From NCBI GenBank assembly GCA_965226495.1, contig OZ245365.1:2944001-3008000 (forward strand): DNA of 64,000 nt, read 5' to 3'. This document shows positions 16,621-26,881 of the stretch, piece after piece. The notes below the pieces were generated by a model. That model worked only from the letters and a program-made list of their open reading frames with translations. It was not told where the DNA came from and searched no databases. The DNA is from Candidatus Marinacidobacterales bacterium. GTDB taxonomy: Bacteria; Acidobacteriota; Vicinamibacteria; Marinacidobacterales; DATDRI01. The first letter of the stretch is position 1. Each line of letters begins with the position of its first letter. Both the position numbers and the translations under genes were made by a program.

Positions 16621-19206
16621 CTAGCGGAGCATCGTATTGAAAAGCAACTTGAACGTCCCGTATGTCTGGGCACGATGCTGCGTGCGGAAGCCGATCAGAA
16701 CCACCTGGCCCTGACCGTCCTGCGCTGCAACCATGGCCGCCTTCTTTGACAAATGCTCCTCGCCGATGAGCCATCCGCTTTGCAAAATGTCGCGATCGGC
16801 GTAGGTGACGACGAGGTCGTACCGATCGTTATTTCTGTTGGGGATGATCTCGAACGCGGGGTTTTGCCAATTGAGCACCAAGCCCCGCGACGGCATGCCG
16901 TACGCGAGTGGGTGATCGTTGTCGAACGCCACTCTGAGTGTCGAGCCCGGGCAGAAGTAATCCTTCGAGTCGATGTCCTCCAGGACGTTGCGAACTTTCA
17001 GCTCAAATGTTTCGATAGCGAAGTTGCTGGCCTCCCCCAGAGCAACCACCGTGCCCCCGGATTCGACAAACTGCTTCAACGACGCCACCCCCTCGTCTCC
17101 GATACCGGTCATATACTCGGGAGGATAGACCTCGGGGGGGCGACCGGGTCTCGGCTCCTCTTCCTCGCCGGTGATCATTTCCTTGGAGTCGTGCGGCAAG
17201 AGGATTACGTCGTAATTGGCGTCAAGCCCGCCCTTCTTGATCTCCTCGTCCATGACCGATGTATAAGGGAAGGAGAATGTTTCCAATAAGAACCGAGTCC
17301 ATCCTTCGTCCATGTTTCCGCCCCGGTAGCGTTGATACATACCTACGCGCATTCGCTTCACGTCGTGGATTCCATCGCGCGGCACGGTATCGAGCGGTGT
17401 GAAGTCCACTCCCGTCTCCTCGGCTACTTTCCCGAAAGTGGATTCGGAGCCACCACTCACGATGAAGTCCCCGGGGCGGAGGTCATCGATCGCCTCGTCC
17501 ACGCGGCGAACACGTACGCCTTGGGCGAGTAAGAGGTTGGCCGCCTTGAAACTCTGATTCAGCCGGCCGTCCAGGAGGAAGCGCGACCCCGAGCCCACTT
17601 GACCTGCCATCGGAACCGGTCCAGTCAGTCTTTCGAAATTGCCCTTCACCACGCCGTCTATCGCGTCCACACGGACGCCCATGAACTCGCTCATGGTGTG
17701 GGTGGAAGTATCGTAAGGACGGAGGGGAGACCCGTCCCGGGCCCGCGTCCACTCGTTGTCGGGGTAGAGGGTACGCCCAAGAAGGTTCCGGATCAGTCCC
17801 ATCTTCGGCTGAGCGAGAGAGATAACGTAAGAGCCCTTCTGGTAGCTCATTCCGTCGACGCTGAATGGCTTTGCGGCCCTCTGGATCTCGATATCGGATT
17901 GCAGCAACGTGTTCAGCATCTTGGTCACGGTTAAGCTATCGTGCTGCGCGGCGGGGATGACGTAAGCCTTGGGTGTTCCCAGCGCACCCCGTTCCGTCTG
18001 TCTCTTCGCCTTCAGATAACTGTTCCAGAGCACCGTTTCCTTGTTGCGCGCGGCGAGATCCTGTATGGCCCAAGCGGCTATTTTCTGCTGCTCGACGATG
18101 TCGCGAAGCCTCCACCAGCCTCCCTCCCAGGGGTTCGGCATCGTCGACTGCGCTTCGTACTCGGGAAGCCCGCGGGCGCCGCCGCGAAGCTGATCGGGAT
18201 GGAGGTAGAGCGGTGTAGCGAGGCTTGCGCTCGCCGCCTCGGTGAGCATTCCCGCGATGTTGTGGACCGGCGTGATCCAATGCCACCCGAAGTGCCCCCA
18301 GCCCGGATACTGGCCCGCATTGAGCACTCCGGCCTTGCCGTTCTCCTCGAGCTTGTAAGCGATGTGTGCGCCATACCAACTGAGCTCCCTCCACATAAGG
18401 GGGTCCGCGTACGGGCGAATAGGCTCGCTGTAAGGGGGCACGTAAAACCGGGCACCGTAGGCTCCCATTTGATGATGGTCGACGTACGCCTGTGGCTTCC
18501 AGTCCCGGTAGAGCACCTTGGCCGTGTACACCGCCTCCACCATGTTGAGAAAATCCGCGTCCCGATTGTTATCGTGTCCAACGTACTTGTGGTAGAGCCA
18601 AGGAAGGCCCACCCCCTCGTACTCCGTGCCAAGGTTCTCGCGATACCAGTCGGTCACCATGATCTGACCGTCCGGGTTGAAGCAAGGAAACAGGAGCAGG
18701 ACGGTGTTGTCCAGGATGCGCGTGGTTTCCGCGTCGTCGCGTGAGAGAAGGTCGTAGGTCAGCTCGGGAGCCGTCTGAGCTCCCCCGACCTCCGTCGCGT
18801 GAAGCCCGAAAGATTGACTCACTACTGCCTTGCCCTCATCGATCAATTGCCGGATCTCTGGCTCCGCGACCCGCGGGTCCTGAAGCTTGAGGTTCACTTC
18901 CCGAATCCGCTCCAGGTTCGCTATGTTCTCCGGCGAAGAGATGATCGCCAAAAGATAGGGATGGCCCTCGGTGGAGGGTCCCATATTGATCACTCGAATC
19001 CGATCGCTCTCCTTAGCGAGAAGCTGGTAGTACTCGACGATCTTGTCCCAGCGAGCCAGCTTCCTGTCCGTGCCAAGCTGGAAACCGAAGAACTCGTCGG
19101 GCGAGGTGATGTTGGGCGCCGCTTGTGCGGCGGCGGCCAAACTGGAGCCCCATAGCAAAGCGCCAAGGGCACAAAGAGTCACGATGAAACGCGTTTTGAG
19201 CATCAT
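16621..19206 (-). CDS. Secreted M14 zinc carboxypeptidase with C-terminal GATase-like domain
   Basis: Signal peptide; HATE, NPDG, DNNRD, DHHQM; MDEGWTRFLLE. Confidence 0.85.
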   Translation of the reverse strand: MMLKTRFIVTLCALGALLWGSSLAAAAQAAPNITSPDEFFGFQLGTDRKLARWDKIVEYYQLLAKESDRIRVINMGPSTEGHPYLLAIISSPENIANLERIREVNLKLQDPRVAEPEIRQLIDEGKAVVSQSFGLHATEVGGAQTAPELTYDLLSRDDAETTRILDNTVLLLFPCFNPDGQIMVTDWYRENLGTEYEGVGLPWLYHKYVGHDNNRDADFLNMVEAVYTAKVLYRDWKPQAYVDHHQMGAYGARFYVPPYSEPIRPYADPLMWRELSWYGAHIAYKLEENGKAGVLNAGQYPGWGHFGWHWITPVHNIAGMLTEAASASLATPLYLHPDQLRGGARGLPEYEAQSTMPNPWEGGWWRLRDIVEQQKIAAWAIQDLAARNKETVLWNSYLKAKRQTERGALGTPKAYVIPAAQHDSLTVTKMLNTLLQSDIEIQRAAKPFSVDGMSYQKGSYVISLAQPKMGLIRNLLGRTLYPDNEWTRARDGSPLRPYDTSTHTMSEFMGVRVDAIDGVVKGNFERLTGPVPMAGQVGSGSRFLLDGRLNQSFKAANLLLAQGVRVRRVDEAIDDLRPGDFIVSGGSESTFGKVAEETGVDFTPLDTVPRDGIHDVKRMRVGMYQRYRGGNMDEGWTRFLLETFSFPYTSVMDEEIKKGGLDANYDVILLPHDSKEMITGEEEEPRPGRPPEVYPPEYMTGIGDEGVASLKQFVESGGTVVALGEASNFAIETFELKVRNVLEDIDSKDYFCPGSTLRVAFDNDHPLAYGMPSRGLVLNWQNPAFEIIPNRNNDRYDLVVTYADRDILQSGWLIGEEHLSKKAAMVAAQDGQGQVVLIGFRTQHRAQTYGTFKLLFNTMLR

Positions 19207-19251
19207 GGGAATATTTCCTTCCATTTCAAACGGTGCGTGACGGCTCCAAAC

Positions 19252-20046
19252 TTACATCCCGGGCGGTTGAAACCGCCCGTCCGCAGCCGTCCAACCACCA
19301 TCCACGAAGAGCACCGTTCCGCTTACGTAGCTCGCGGCGTCCGAGGCAAGAAACACCGTCGGCCCGACCATCTCCTCGACCCGTGCCCATCGATTGAAAA
19401 CGGACTTGGCCGCGTAGGCTTCATACCAATCGGGGTTCGAACGAATCGGAGCGGTTAGAGGCGTTTCGACGACTCCCGGCGCAACCGCGTTCACGCGCAG
19501 GCCCGACGGACCGAGTTCCGCCGCCAACGTCCGGACCATTTGAACAATACCCGCCTTGGTCGCCGCATAAACAGCTTGGCCGAGCTCGACCACGAGAGAT
19601 CGAATCGAAGAGAAGACCACGATACTGCCGCCTTTTTGAGCAGCCATGATTCTTCCCGCGGCCTGAAGTACGTGAAAGCTGCCTTTTAGGTTCAGCTCGA
19701 GAACGCGATCCAACTCTTCTTCCTCGTATTCCAAGATCGGTTTTCGAACGTTGATGCTGGGCGTCGATATGACGACATCGAGTCGTTGATGAGCCTTTCG
19801 GCTCTTCTCTAGTTCTGCTCGCACCGAATCACGGTCGCGGATGTCTAAATTTTCCGAGCTCGCTCGGCCTCCCGCGTCTCGAATTGTTGCTGCGACGGAC
19901 CGAGCGGCCTCGGCGTTGATATCGAGGCACGTGACGTGCGCCCCTTGTGCGGCGCAGCCCTTCGCCACGGCTTCACCGATGCCGGAGGCCGCGCCCACGA
20001 CGGCTACGGTTTTCTTGTCCAAGCGGAACAGCGTTTCGTCTGCCAT
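19252..20046 (-). CDS. SDR family oxidoreductase
   Basis: GAASGIG, YAATK, RVNAVAPG, VDGG. Confidence 0.9.
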   Translation of the reverse strand: MADETLFRLDKKTVAVVGAASGIGEAVAKGCAAQGAHVTCLDINAEAARSVAATIRDAGGRASSENLDIRDRDSVRAELEKSRKAHQRLDVVISTPSINVRKPILEYEEEELDRVLELNLKGSFHVLQAAGRIMAAQKGGSIVVFSSIRSLVVELGQAVYAATKAGIVQMVRTLAAELGPSGLRVNAVAPGVVETPLTAPIRSNPDWYEAYAAKSVFNRWARVEEMVGPTVFLASDAASYVSGTVLFVDGGWTAADGRFQPPGM

Positions 20047-20054
20047 CAAACTGT

Positions 20055-21467
20055 CTAGGCTCCCGCCGCGGGGCTCGCCCTTCCCATTCGCGCCACCGCC
20101 ACCACGGCGAATGCGAGGCCGGAGGCAATCAACCCGATGAGCGCCGGTGTCCAAGCACCGAAACCGGTGCCCCCAGTGTGCAGGTGCACGGCAAGCAGAG
20201 CCGAGACGCCAACTCCAATGGCAGCTAACGCTTCGGGTGTTCCTGCGCGGCGATAGTGCAGTCCGGCGACGATGGGAACTAACAGAGAAACCGTTAGAAG
20301 AGAATAAAAGACTTTCAAGGCTCCGATCACCGTTGGCACCACGACCGCCAACAATACACCGAGCGCCCCACCAGCTACGGCGGCAAGGCGTGCCACTTTC
20401 AAGACACGCGCGTCACCCGCGCCGGGATTCACAAAACGACGATAGAGATCTTGGGAAAGCGACGTGGACAACATGAAAAGAATGGCGTCGCACGAGCTCA
20501 GCTCGGCGGAGAAGACCGCCGCCAGCCCCAACATGCCGACAGCCAGCGGAAGCTCATGAACCAAGACCGTGGCGAGCGCGTTCTCGTGATTCAAAAGCTC
20601 TGGGTGATGGACTCTTGCGATCATGCCGAGGAGCGGGGGTACAAAGGCGAACACGAGGAGTACGAGGGCGTTCGCAGAGACTCCGATGCGAACGGTTTTC
20701 TCGTCTCGCGCGCCGAACGTCTTTTGTAATACCCCCGGAGAAATAATGAAGGCCGGAACGATCATCGCGACGTAGATCCACCCGGAGCCTCCCCCTCGCC
20801 AGAAGTTTGTATACGTTGGGTTGGTAGCTGCTTCCGTCGCCATCACCGCGCTCCAACCACCCGCGGCCGCGAGCGACATCGGCAACGCCACAGCGAATCC
20901 AACCAGCAAGACGACGAGTTGGACCGCGTTGACCCAAGCCGAGGTCAACAAGCCGCCGGCGGTGAAGTACGTGGTCATCACCACGCCACCGATGAGACAA
21001 CCGACGTACCTCGGGACTCCGGCAACAACGTTCAGGATGGTTGAAATCGCGATGAGCTGGCCGGCGAGGATGGCAAGCGTCCCGATCCAAAGAAGCGTCG
21101 CTACGAGACCCCGAACCGAACTGCTGTAGCGCAGTTCCAGGAAATCCCCGACCGTCCGGAGATCGTGACGCATCGCCAACCGCCACATTCGTGGCCCCAC
21201 CCAAAAAGCCAAGAGGATGGAACCGATGCCGGCCGAGCCGACCCACCACCATGCGCTGAGCCCGTCCCGGTATCCGAGTCCTGCCGCACCGACGGTCGAG
21301 CCGGCTCCGATGTTGGCGGCAAGCAAGGTCGAGAAGAGTAACACCGGGCCGAGCTGTCTTCCGGCGACGAAAAAGGCCCCGGTGGTTTTGACGAGCCGCC
21401 CGATAATGAGCCCGAGGAAAATTAGGAGAACAGAGTAACCGAGGAGGAAGAGGAGATGCGGACTCAC
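20055..21467 (-). CDS. Sodium:solute symporter family transporter
   Basis: FFVAGRQLG, AANIGAGSTVG, SAELSSCD, about 13 TM. Confidence 0.9.
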   Translation of the reverse strand: MSPHLLFLLGYSVLLIFLGLIIGRLVKTTGAFFVAGRQLGPVLLFSTLLAANIGAGSTVGAAGLGYRDGLSAWWWVGSAGIGSILLAFWVGPRMWRLAMRHDLRTVGDFLELRYSSSVRGLVATLLWIGTLAILAGQLIAISTILNVVAGVPRYVGCLIGGVVMTTYFTAGGLLTSAWVNAVQLVVLLVGFAVALPMSLAAAGGWSAVMATEAATNPTYTNFWRGGGSGWIYVAMIVPAFIISPGVLQKTFGARDEKTVRIGVSANALVLLVFAFVPPLLGMIARVHHPELLNHENALATVLVHELPLAVGMLGLAAVFSAELSSCDAILFMLSTSLSQDLYRRFVNPGAGDARVLKVARLAAVAGGALGVLLAVVVPTVIGALKVFYSLLTVSLLVPIVAGLHYRRAGTPEALAAIGVGVSALLAVHLHTGGTGFGAWTPALIGLIASGLAFAVVAVARMGRASPAAGA

Positions 21468-22513
21468 TTCGTCTCGCTGGATAGATCGCGCGCGGAGGGA
21501 TAGCCCGGAATGCCTTCGGCCGCCAATACCGCCCGCACAATAGCGTCCGCGACGACCTCGGCCGCCAAAGCGCCGACAAGCGTTACGTTTGGATCCCCGT
21601 TCCAGGTGCCGGTGGCCAGAGCGAAAATGGTGTCGCCGTCACCGGCAGTGTGAGCGGGAACCACTGCCCGCGCCAAGCCATCGTGCGCCATCTGCGCGAC
21701 CTTTGTAACTTGAGTCTTCGTGAGCCGAGCGTTCGTTGCAGTCACTGCGATGGTGGTGTTCTCCCCCGGACGGGCCTGCAACAGTTCCCCCGACCGCAAT
21801 AGCTTCCTAACATCGGCCAACCTCTTGCCGTCTTCGGTGCGCACGCCGGCGATCACGCGTCCGGTTGCCGGATCGATCACGTCTCCTACAGCGTTGACCG
21901 CGACAAGAGCGGCGACGGTGAGACCACCGGAAAGCGTAATGGACGCGGTCCCCAGCCCACCCTTCATGGCGCGCGCGTACCCTCCGAGTTTCCCTACGGT
22001 TGCTCCGGCTCCGGCACCGACATTCCCCTCGAGCACAGAGCCGCGTGTCGCGGCCAGCGCTGCCTTGTAGCCACACTCTGCCCCGGGTCGAACATGAGGC
22101 TTGTCGCCGACTCGGAGATCGAGAAGTATAGCGGCGGGAACAATAGGTACCCTGGCGTAGCCTAGGTCGTAGCCGATCTCTTTCTCCTCCAAGTACCGCA
22201 CCACACCGGAGGCCGAGTCGAGCCCGAAGGCACTACCACCCGAAAGCACCACCGCGTGAACCTCCTCGATGGTATCGGTGGGATCGAGTAGCTCCGTTTC
22301 GCGGGTTCCGGGGGCCGAGCCGCGCACGTCGACTCCAGCCACCGCTCCCGCCTCGGTAAGAATCACGGTACATCCGGTCGGACGCTCGGTGAGCGTGTGG
22401 TGGCCGACTTTGATGCCCTCAACAGCGGTTAAACCGGAATGAGTGGAGTCTTGGCCGAATGCCGGAAGGCCGGCGGTCAAAGCAACTAAGATGATGACCT
22501 TGGGGGATTTCAC
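21464..22513 (-). CDS. P1/S58 (DmpA-like) aminopeptidase
   Basis: GVDVRGSAPGTRETELL, LSGGSAFGL, GNVGAGAGA, NTT, DGDTIF. Confidence 0.9.
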   Translation of the reverse strand: MKSPKVIILVALTAGLPAFGQDSTHSGLTAVEGIKVGHHTLTERPTGCTVILTEAGAVAGVDVRGSAPGTRETELLDPTDTIEEVHAVVLSGGSAFGLDSASGVVRYLEEKEIGYDLGYARVPIVPAAILLDLRVGDKPHVRPGAECGYKAALAATRGSVLEGNVGAGAGATVGKLGGYARAMKGGLGTASITLSGGLTVAALVAVNAVGDVIDPATGRVIAGVRTEDGKRLADVRKLLRSGELLQARPGENTTIAVTATNARLTKTQVTKVAQMAHDGLARAVVPAHTAGDGDTIFALATGTWNGDPNVTLVGALAAEVVADAIVRAVLAAEGIPGYPSARDLSSETK

Positions 22514-22563
22514 GCTCTCGACCTAGCAAACGACTATAATGTTGCCAACTTACTTGGACCTTA

Positions 22564-23823
22564 ATGGACGCACTACTTAGAGAAGTCGAGACTGCCCGCG
22601 ACGAGATCGTGGATTTTGCGGCCGAGCTCATACGAGTCCCTACGGTGAATCCGCCTGGCGAGAATTACCGCGACTGCGCGTCGACCATCGCCAAGAAGCT
22701 CGAGGAATTCGGATTCGAAGTCGAGTATCACGTCGCCGACGACCGCCCCGAGCATACTGAGAAGCACCCACGCGTGAATGTTGTCGGAAGCCGCAGCGGC
22801 GACGAGCCCCGCCCTCTCGTTCACTTGAATGGACACATGGATGTGGTACCGACGGGCCAGGGTTGGACGGTCTATCCTTTTGCCGGGACCGTGCGTGATG
22901 GCCACCTCTATGGTCGAGGGAGCTCGGATATGAAGTCCGGCATTGCCGCCGCGGTTTTCGCCGCCGAGGCCCTCCGACGCGCCGGCATCTCACTCCGAGG
23001 GAGCGTCGAGATAAGTGGCACCGTGGACGAGGAGAGCGGAGGTCAGGCTGGAGTCCGATGGCTGGCCGAAAAAGGCCATCTCGCCTCCGACCGTACCGAC
23101 TATGTGATCATTCCGGAGCCGTTTGGTCGAGATCGCGTCTGCGTCGGCCATCGTGGCGTCTATTGGTTCAAGGTAACGGCGCGAGGCCGGATGGCTCACG
23201 GGAGCATGCCCTTCCTCGGCATCAATGCGATCGAGCGGATGGCCCCTATTTTGGAAGCCTTTCGAACGGAGCTGAGCCCAGCTCTTGCCCAACGCACGAC
23301 CGAGATGCCGGTCGTGCCTCACGAGGCACGGAGGGCGAGCATCAATATCAATGCGATCCAGGGCGGCCAAGTGGGGCAGGTTGGGCAAACACCGTGCGTA
23401 CCGGACCGCTGCGAGATAATCGTCGACCGTCGCTTCCTCATTGAAGAAGACTTCGAGCTCGTTAAGAAGGAAGTTTCGGAGCTCGTCGAGAGAGTCGCCT
23501 CGCGGACGCCGGAGGGAGGCTATGATCTCCAGGATTTAGTCCTCTTTCATCCGGTGATGACGCCCGAGGACTCACCGCTTACCGCTATACTCCAAGACGC
23601 GATAAAGAAGGTAACCGGAGAAAATGCGCAGCTGGTCGCCAGCCCCGGAACCTATGACCACAAACATGTCTCCCGTGTCGCGGGTGTCGACCATTGCGTT
23701 GCTTATGGGCCTGGCATTCTCGAGATGGCTCATCAACCCGACGAGTACTGCGACGTGGAAGCCTTAGTCGACGCCACCAAGGTTCTGTCATTGGTCCTGT
23801 TGGAGTCGGTGGGAGAACATTAG
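22564..23823 (+). CDS. M20 ArgE/DapE-family deacylase
   Basis: NGHMDVV, GRGSSDMK, DEESGG, AHQPDE. Confidence 0.9.
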   Translation: MDALLREVETARDEIVDFAAELIRVPTVNPPGENYRDCASTIAKKLEEFGFEVEYHVADDRPEHTEKHPRVNVVGSRSGDEPRPLVHLNGHMDVVPTGQGWTVYPFAGTVRDGHLYGRGSSDMKSGIAAAVFAAEALRRAGISLRGSVEISGTVDEESGGQAGVRWLAEKGHLASDRTDYVIIPEPFGRDRVCVGHRGVYWFKVTARGRMAHGSMPFLGINAIERMAPILEAFRTELSPALAQRTTEMPVVPHEARRASININAIQGGQVGQVGQTPCVPDRCEIIVDRRFLIEEDFELVKKEVSELVERVASRTPEGGYDLQDLVLFHPVMTPEDSPLTAILQDAIKKVTGENAQLVASPGTYDHKHVSRVAGVDHCVAYGPGILEMAHQPDEYCDVEALVDATKVLSLVLLESVGEH

Positions 23824-23898
23824 CAGGCGAATCGAAACGGACCGGCCTGCGCGAGGAGCCGTCAGCTGTTCCGGAGCCGCTCGCCGGCGAAGGGACGA

Positions 23899-24060
23899 CG
23901 GTGGGGGTGGGGCCCCGCCGCACTGAGGAAGGAGGGAGCCTGGCGCGCCGCCGTCCGCAGCGAGCCTGCAAACGGAGGACCGCGAGCGAACGAGGAGTGA
24001 GCGAGCAATGAACGATGCCCGCCGACGAAAGCGACAGCCGTGGGGGTGGGGCCCCACGGC
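23899..24060. repeat. Two REP-like hairpins with TGGGGGTGGGGCCCC core
   Basis: Copies at about 23899-23920 and 24037-24060; third copy at 30888-30909. Confidence 0.7.
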
Positions 24061-24082
24061 TCTAACACTCGAGGGAGAAACG

Positions 24083-24322
24083 ATGGACGTAGTCACACCA
24101 AACCAAATGCACCGCATTTTCCAAGTTACCGACGCGATGTCGATTCACCGCGAGGGGGTCATCGTCCCACTAGGACCGGAAGGCTCAGGAAGTGTTCGGC
24201 TCGTCGGCAACAAAGTGGAGGTCACCGTTCCGGCCGAGGGCGCGTTCGATGATTGGATCGCCGGCCTTCGTGACCAGATCGACACGCTCGATCTGGTCGG
24301 GGTCAGGAAAGCCGAAATGTAG
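24083..24322 (+). CDS. Small hypothetical protein (79 aa)
   Basis: GAGGGAG RBS before ATG 24083; globular-looking composition. Confidence 0.6.
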   Translation: MDVVTPNQMHRIFQVTDAMSIHREGVIVPLGPEGSGSVRLVGNKVEVTVPAEGAFDDWIAGLRDQIDTLDLVGVRKAEM

Positions 24323-24325
24323 CTG

Positions 24326-25675
24326 CTATGCGGAGGCTAGCTCGCCCAACGCGGCCCGAAACGCGCTGACCGTATGGTCGACGTCTTTGTCATCCATCGG
24401 CGTCGAAATACACATCACGCCACGGGGAGCGATCGAGACACCGCGGTTCAGCAACATCAAATGTAGAAGCTGAAGCGGCTCTAGGGCACTGCGTTTGCCG
24501 GCGCGATAGTCGGTCACTTCGGTTTCCGAGAAATGGATCTGCAGGAGAGAGCCCACCCCCGTCACCTGGCCCATCACTCCGGTATCGGCAAGCGCGCTTC
24601 TTAATCCAAGGCGCAGGTGTTCACCGAGCGAATTGATCCGCGTGATCTCCTGCCGCGTCAGGAGATCGAGCGTGGCCAAGCCCGCGACCATGGTCACGGG
24701 ATTGCCGTTGAAAGTCCCTGAATGAAAGAACTTGCCGGTACGCGGATCGTATGGGGACATGAGCTCGTCGCGACCTCCGAATGCCCCCACTGGAAATCCG
24801 CCTCCGATGACTTTGCCAAGCGTCGTGAGATCCGGCGCGATGTGATGACTCTCCTGTGCTCCGCCCCAGGCGAGTCGGAGTGTGATCACTTCGTCGAAAA
24901 TCAACAGTACGCCACGAGACTTCGTCGCTTCGCGAAGGAGCTCGAGATAACCTGCAACCGGTGGGATCATACCTGCGGCACCCATGACGGGCTCGACGAT
25001 GACGGCGGCCAACTCATCCGCGTGGCGGCCGATGATGTTTTCCGTGGCCTCCAGGTTATTGAACGGTGCCACGACGACGTCCTCCACGACGCCTTCGAAG
25101 ATCCCCTGCGTATCCGCGACGGAATGGGGAGCCTCGGGTGGTCCCCACTGACTCCACAGACTCACTTCTGCGGCATCGTGACTCCCGTGATAGCCGCCTT
25201 CCATCTTTAGAATCTTCGGCCGGCCCGTTTCTGCCTTGGCGAGTCGCATCGCGTTCATCGTCGCCTCGGTTCCGGAGTTGCAGAAACGGAGTTTCTCTAA
25301 CGAGGGGACCCGTTCGCACAGAGCCTTGGCGAGCCCGGTCTGGCTCTCTACCGGGGACCCGAATGCGCTCCCCTTTCGAATCTGACCGCTGACCGCCTCG
25401 ACGACGCGCGGGTGTGCATGGCCATGGATGAGAGCGGTGTAGTTGTTTACCAAATCCAAATAGGCATTACCGTCTACGTCGATCACAGAACAGCCTTCAC
25501 CCTTGTCGACGACAAACGGATAGGGAGAGAAAAACGCCGCCGCCCGCGTATCGCCCCCCGGTAGAAATTTCACCGCTTCGTCGAAGAGTCGCTTCGAAAC
25601 AGGGGTCCGGTTACGATATTCCGCTTCGACCTGGGTTCGAATGCCGTGGAGCTTGATTCTGTAGGGCGATTTCAC
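24326..25675 (-). CDS. Class III PLP aminotransferase (glutamate-1-semialdehyde aminomutase-like)
   Basis: FCNSGTEA, GGYHG, IFDEV, TLGKVIGGG, SGTFNGNP. Confidence 0.9.
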   Translation of the reverse strand: MKSPYRIKLHGIRTQVEAEYRNRTPVSKRLFDEAVKFLPGGDTRAAAFFSPYPFVVDKGEGCSVIDVDGNAYLDLVNNYTALIHGHAHPRVVEAVSGQIRKGSAFGSPVESQTGLAKALCERVPSLEKLRFCNSGTEATMNAMRLAKAETGRPKILKMEGGYHGSHDAAEVSLWSQWGPPEAPHSVADTQGIFEGVVEDVVVAPFNNLEATENIIGRHADELAAVIVEPVMGAAGMIPPVAGYLELLREATKSRGVLLIFDEVITLRLAWGGAQESHHIAPDLTTLGKVIGGGFPVGAFGGRDELMSPYDPRTGKFFHSGTFNGNPVTMVAGLATLDLLTRQEITRINSLGEHLRLGLRSALADTGVMGQVTGVGSLLQIHFSETEVTDYRAGKRSALEPLQLLHLMLLNRGVSIAPRGVMCISTPMDDKDVDHTVSAFRAALGELASA

Positions 25676-25978
25676 GCGTCTCCTCGACGATTCTTGAGAT
25701 ATTGCTTTCTAGAACAGGGAACCGCAACTGTCAAGCACTCGGAGAGTCCAATGGTAAACATCCAGGGCCATGACCGCGTTCTTTGGGACACCATCGAGGC
25801 GTACCCGGCGTGTCCCCCTTCTAATCCCGCCACTCGCTCCCGTCCAAGAGCCGACCGACGCGCGTCCCCTCTGGAGGACAATCTCCCTTCACATGCGGGT
25901 CTCGATTCCTCCGCGGTTCTGGGAGGAAATCCTTTGTGTTGAGTGCTTAACACCCATTTTTCGATTCTGCGACTATTC

Positions 25979-25994
25979 TGGAATCGACCTTGCA
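25979..25994 (+). promoter_or_regulatory. Putative sigma54 promoter of BON gene
   Basis: TGGAAT-CGACC-TTGCA, 40 bp upstream of ATG 26034. Confidence 0.5.
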
Positions 25995-26033
25995 CTAGCC
26001 CTAGGTAGCAGGTGCCGAAAAGGAGGACAGGAA

Positions 26034-26765
26034 ATGACTAGGATTCTCGCACTTACGTTGGTCGCAGTCCTTGGAGGGCTTTCACTAGCGGCCGCCGCCA
26101 CTTTGAATGATGCCGAAATACAGTCGGCGATCGAAACCAAGTTGGAGAACAAGAAGATCTTGAACGGAGGAGGCCCTCGGGTCGCCGTCGAAAACGGTGT
26201 AGTCACGCTCGAAGGCAAGGTGAAAAGCGTGTGGGCCAAGAACGAAGCCATCAAGCTCGCAATGAAAATCGAAGACGTGGTCGCCGTCGAAGACGAGTTG
26301 GAAATCGCTTATGGGGAGAGCGATGAGGACGTTGCCAAGGAAGTTGCGAAAAAGATTCGCACTTATTCTTTTTTCACCGTCTACGACGACGTCAACCTCG
26401 CGGTGAAAGACGGCCACGTGTTACTAAAAGGCCGCGTCACCATGCCCCACAAGGCGACGGACATTGAGGACCGGATCTCCAGGGTCCTGGGTGTGCAAAG
26501 CGTCACCAACGAGATCCAAACACTTCGAACGAGCATTTACGACAACCGGCTTCGCGTCTCACTCAGCAATCGAATCTATCGGGACCCGATGTTCGAGCGC
26601 TATGCGCATCGTGTCAATCCCCCGATCCACATCATCGTCGACGGTGGCCGCGTAACGCTGACCGGTGCCGTCAACTCCAATCTCGAGAAAATCAAGGTGG
26701 AGAGTATTGTTCGGTCCACATTTGGCGTCTTCAGCGTGGAGAACCGGCTACTGACTGACAGCTGA
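26034..26765 (+). CDS. Secreted triple-BON-domain protein
   Basis: AGGAGG RBS; signal peptide; three GVVTL.G.V ... V.N.L units. Confidence 0.9.
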   Translation: MTRILALTLVAVLGGLSLAAAATLNDAEIQSAIETKLENKKILNGGGPRVAVENGVVTLEGKVKSVWAKNEAIKLAMKIEDVVAVEDELEIAYGESDEDVAKEVAKKIRTYSFFTVYDDVNLAVKDGHVLLKGRVTMPHKATDIEDRISRVLGVQSVTNEIQTLRTSIYDNRLRVSLSNRIYRDPMFERYAHRVNPPIHIIVDGGRVTLTGAVNSNLEKIKVESIVRSTFGVFSVENRLLTDS

Positions 26766-26792
26766 GAAGTGACCACGGCCGGTTTTCGACTG

Positions 26793-26822
26793 GGAGCACC
26801 TCGTCGAGGTGCTCCTTTTTTT
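26793..26822 (+). terminator. Rho-independent terminator
   Basis: GGAGCACCTC-GTC-GAGGTGCTCC followed by T7. Confidence 0.85.
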
Positions 26823-26881
26823 CTGTCCACACCTTTTGTCATCTTGCCGACACCCTCGGCATAGAGTATTGTCCGTGACCG

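Noticed and set aside
24326-25675. Calling this gene or 48599-49930 hemL
   Set aside because: Both lack the N-terminal PGGVNSPVR signature and have no tetrapyrrole gene context
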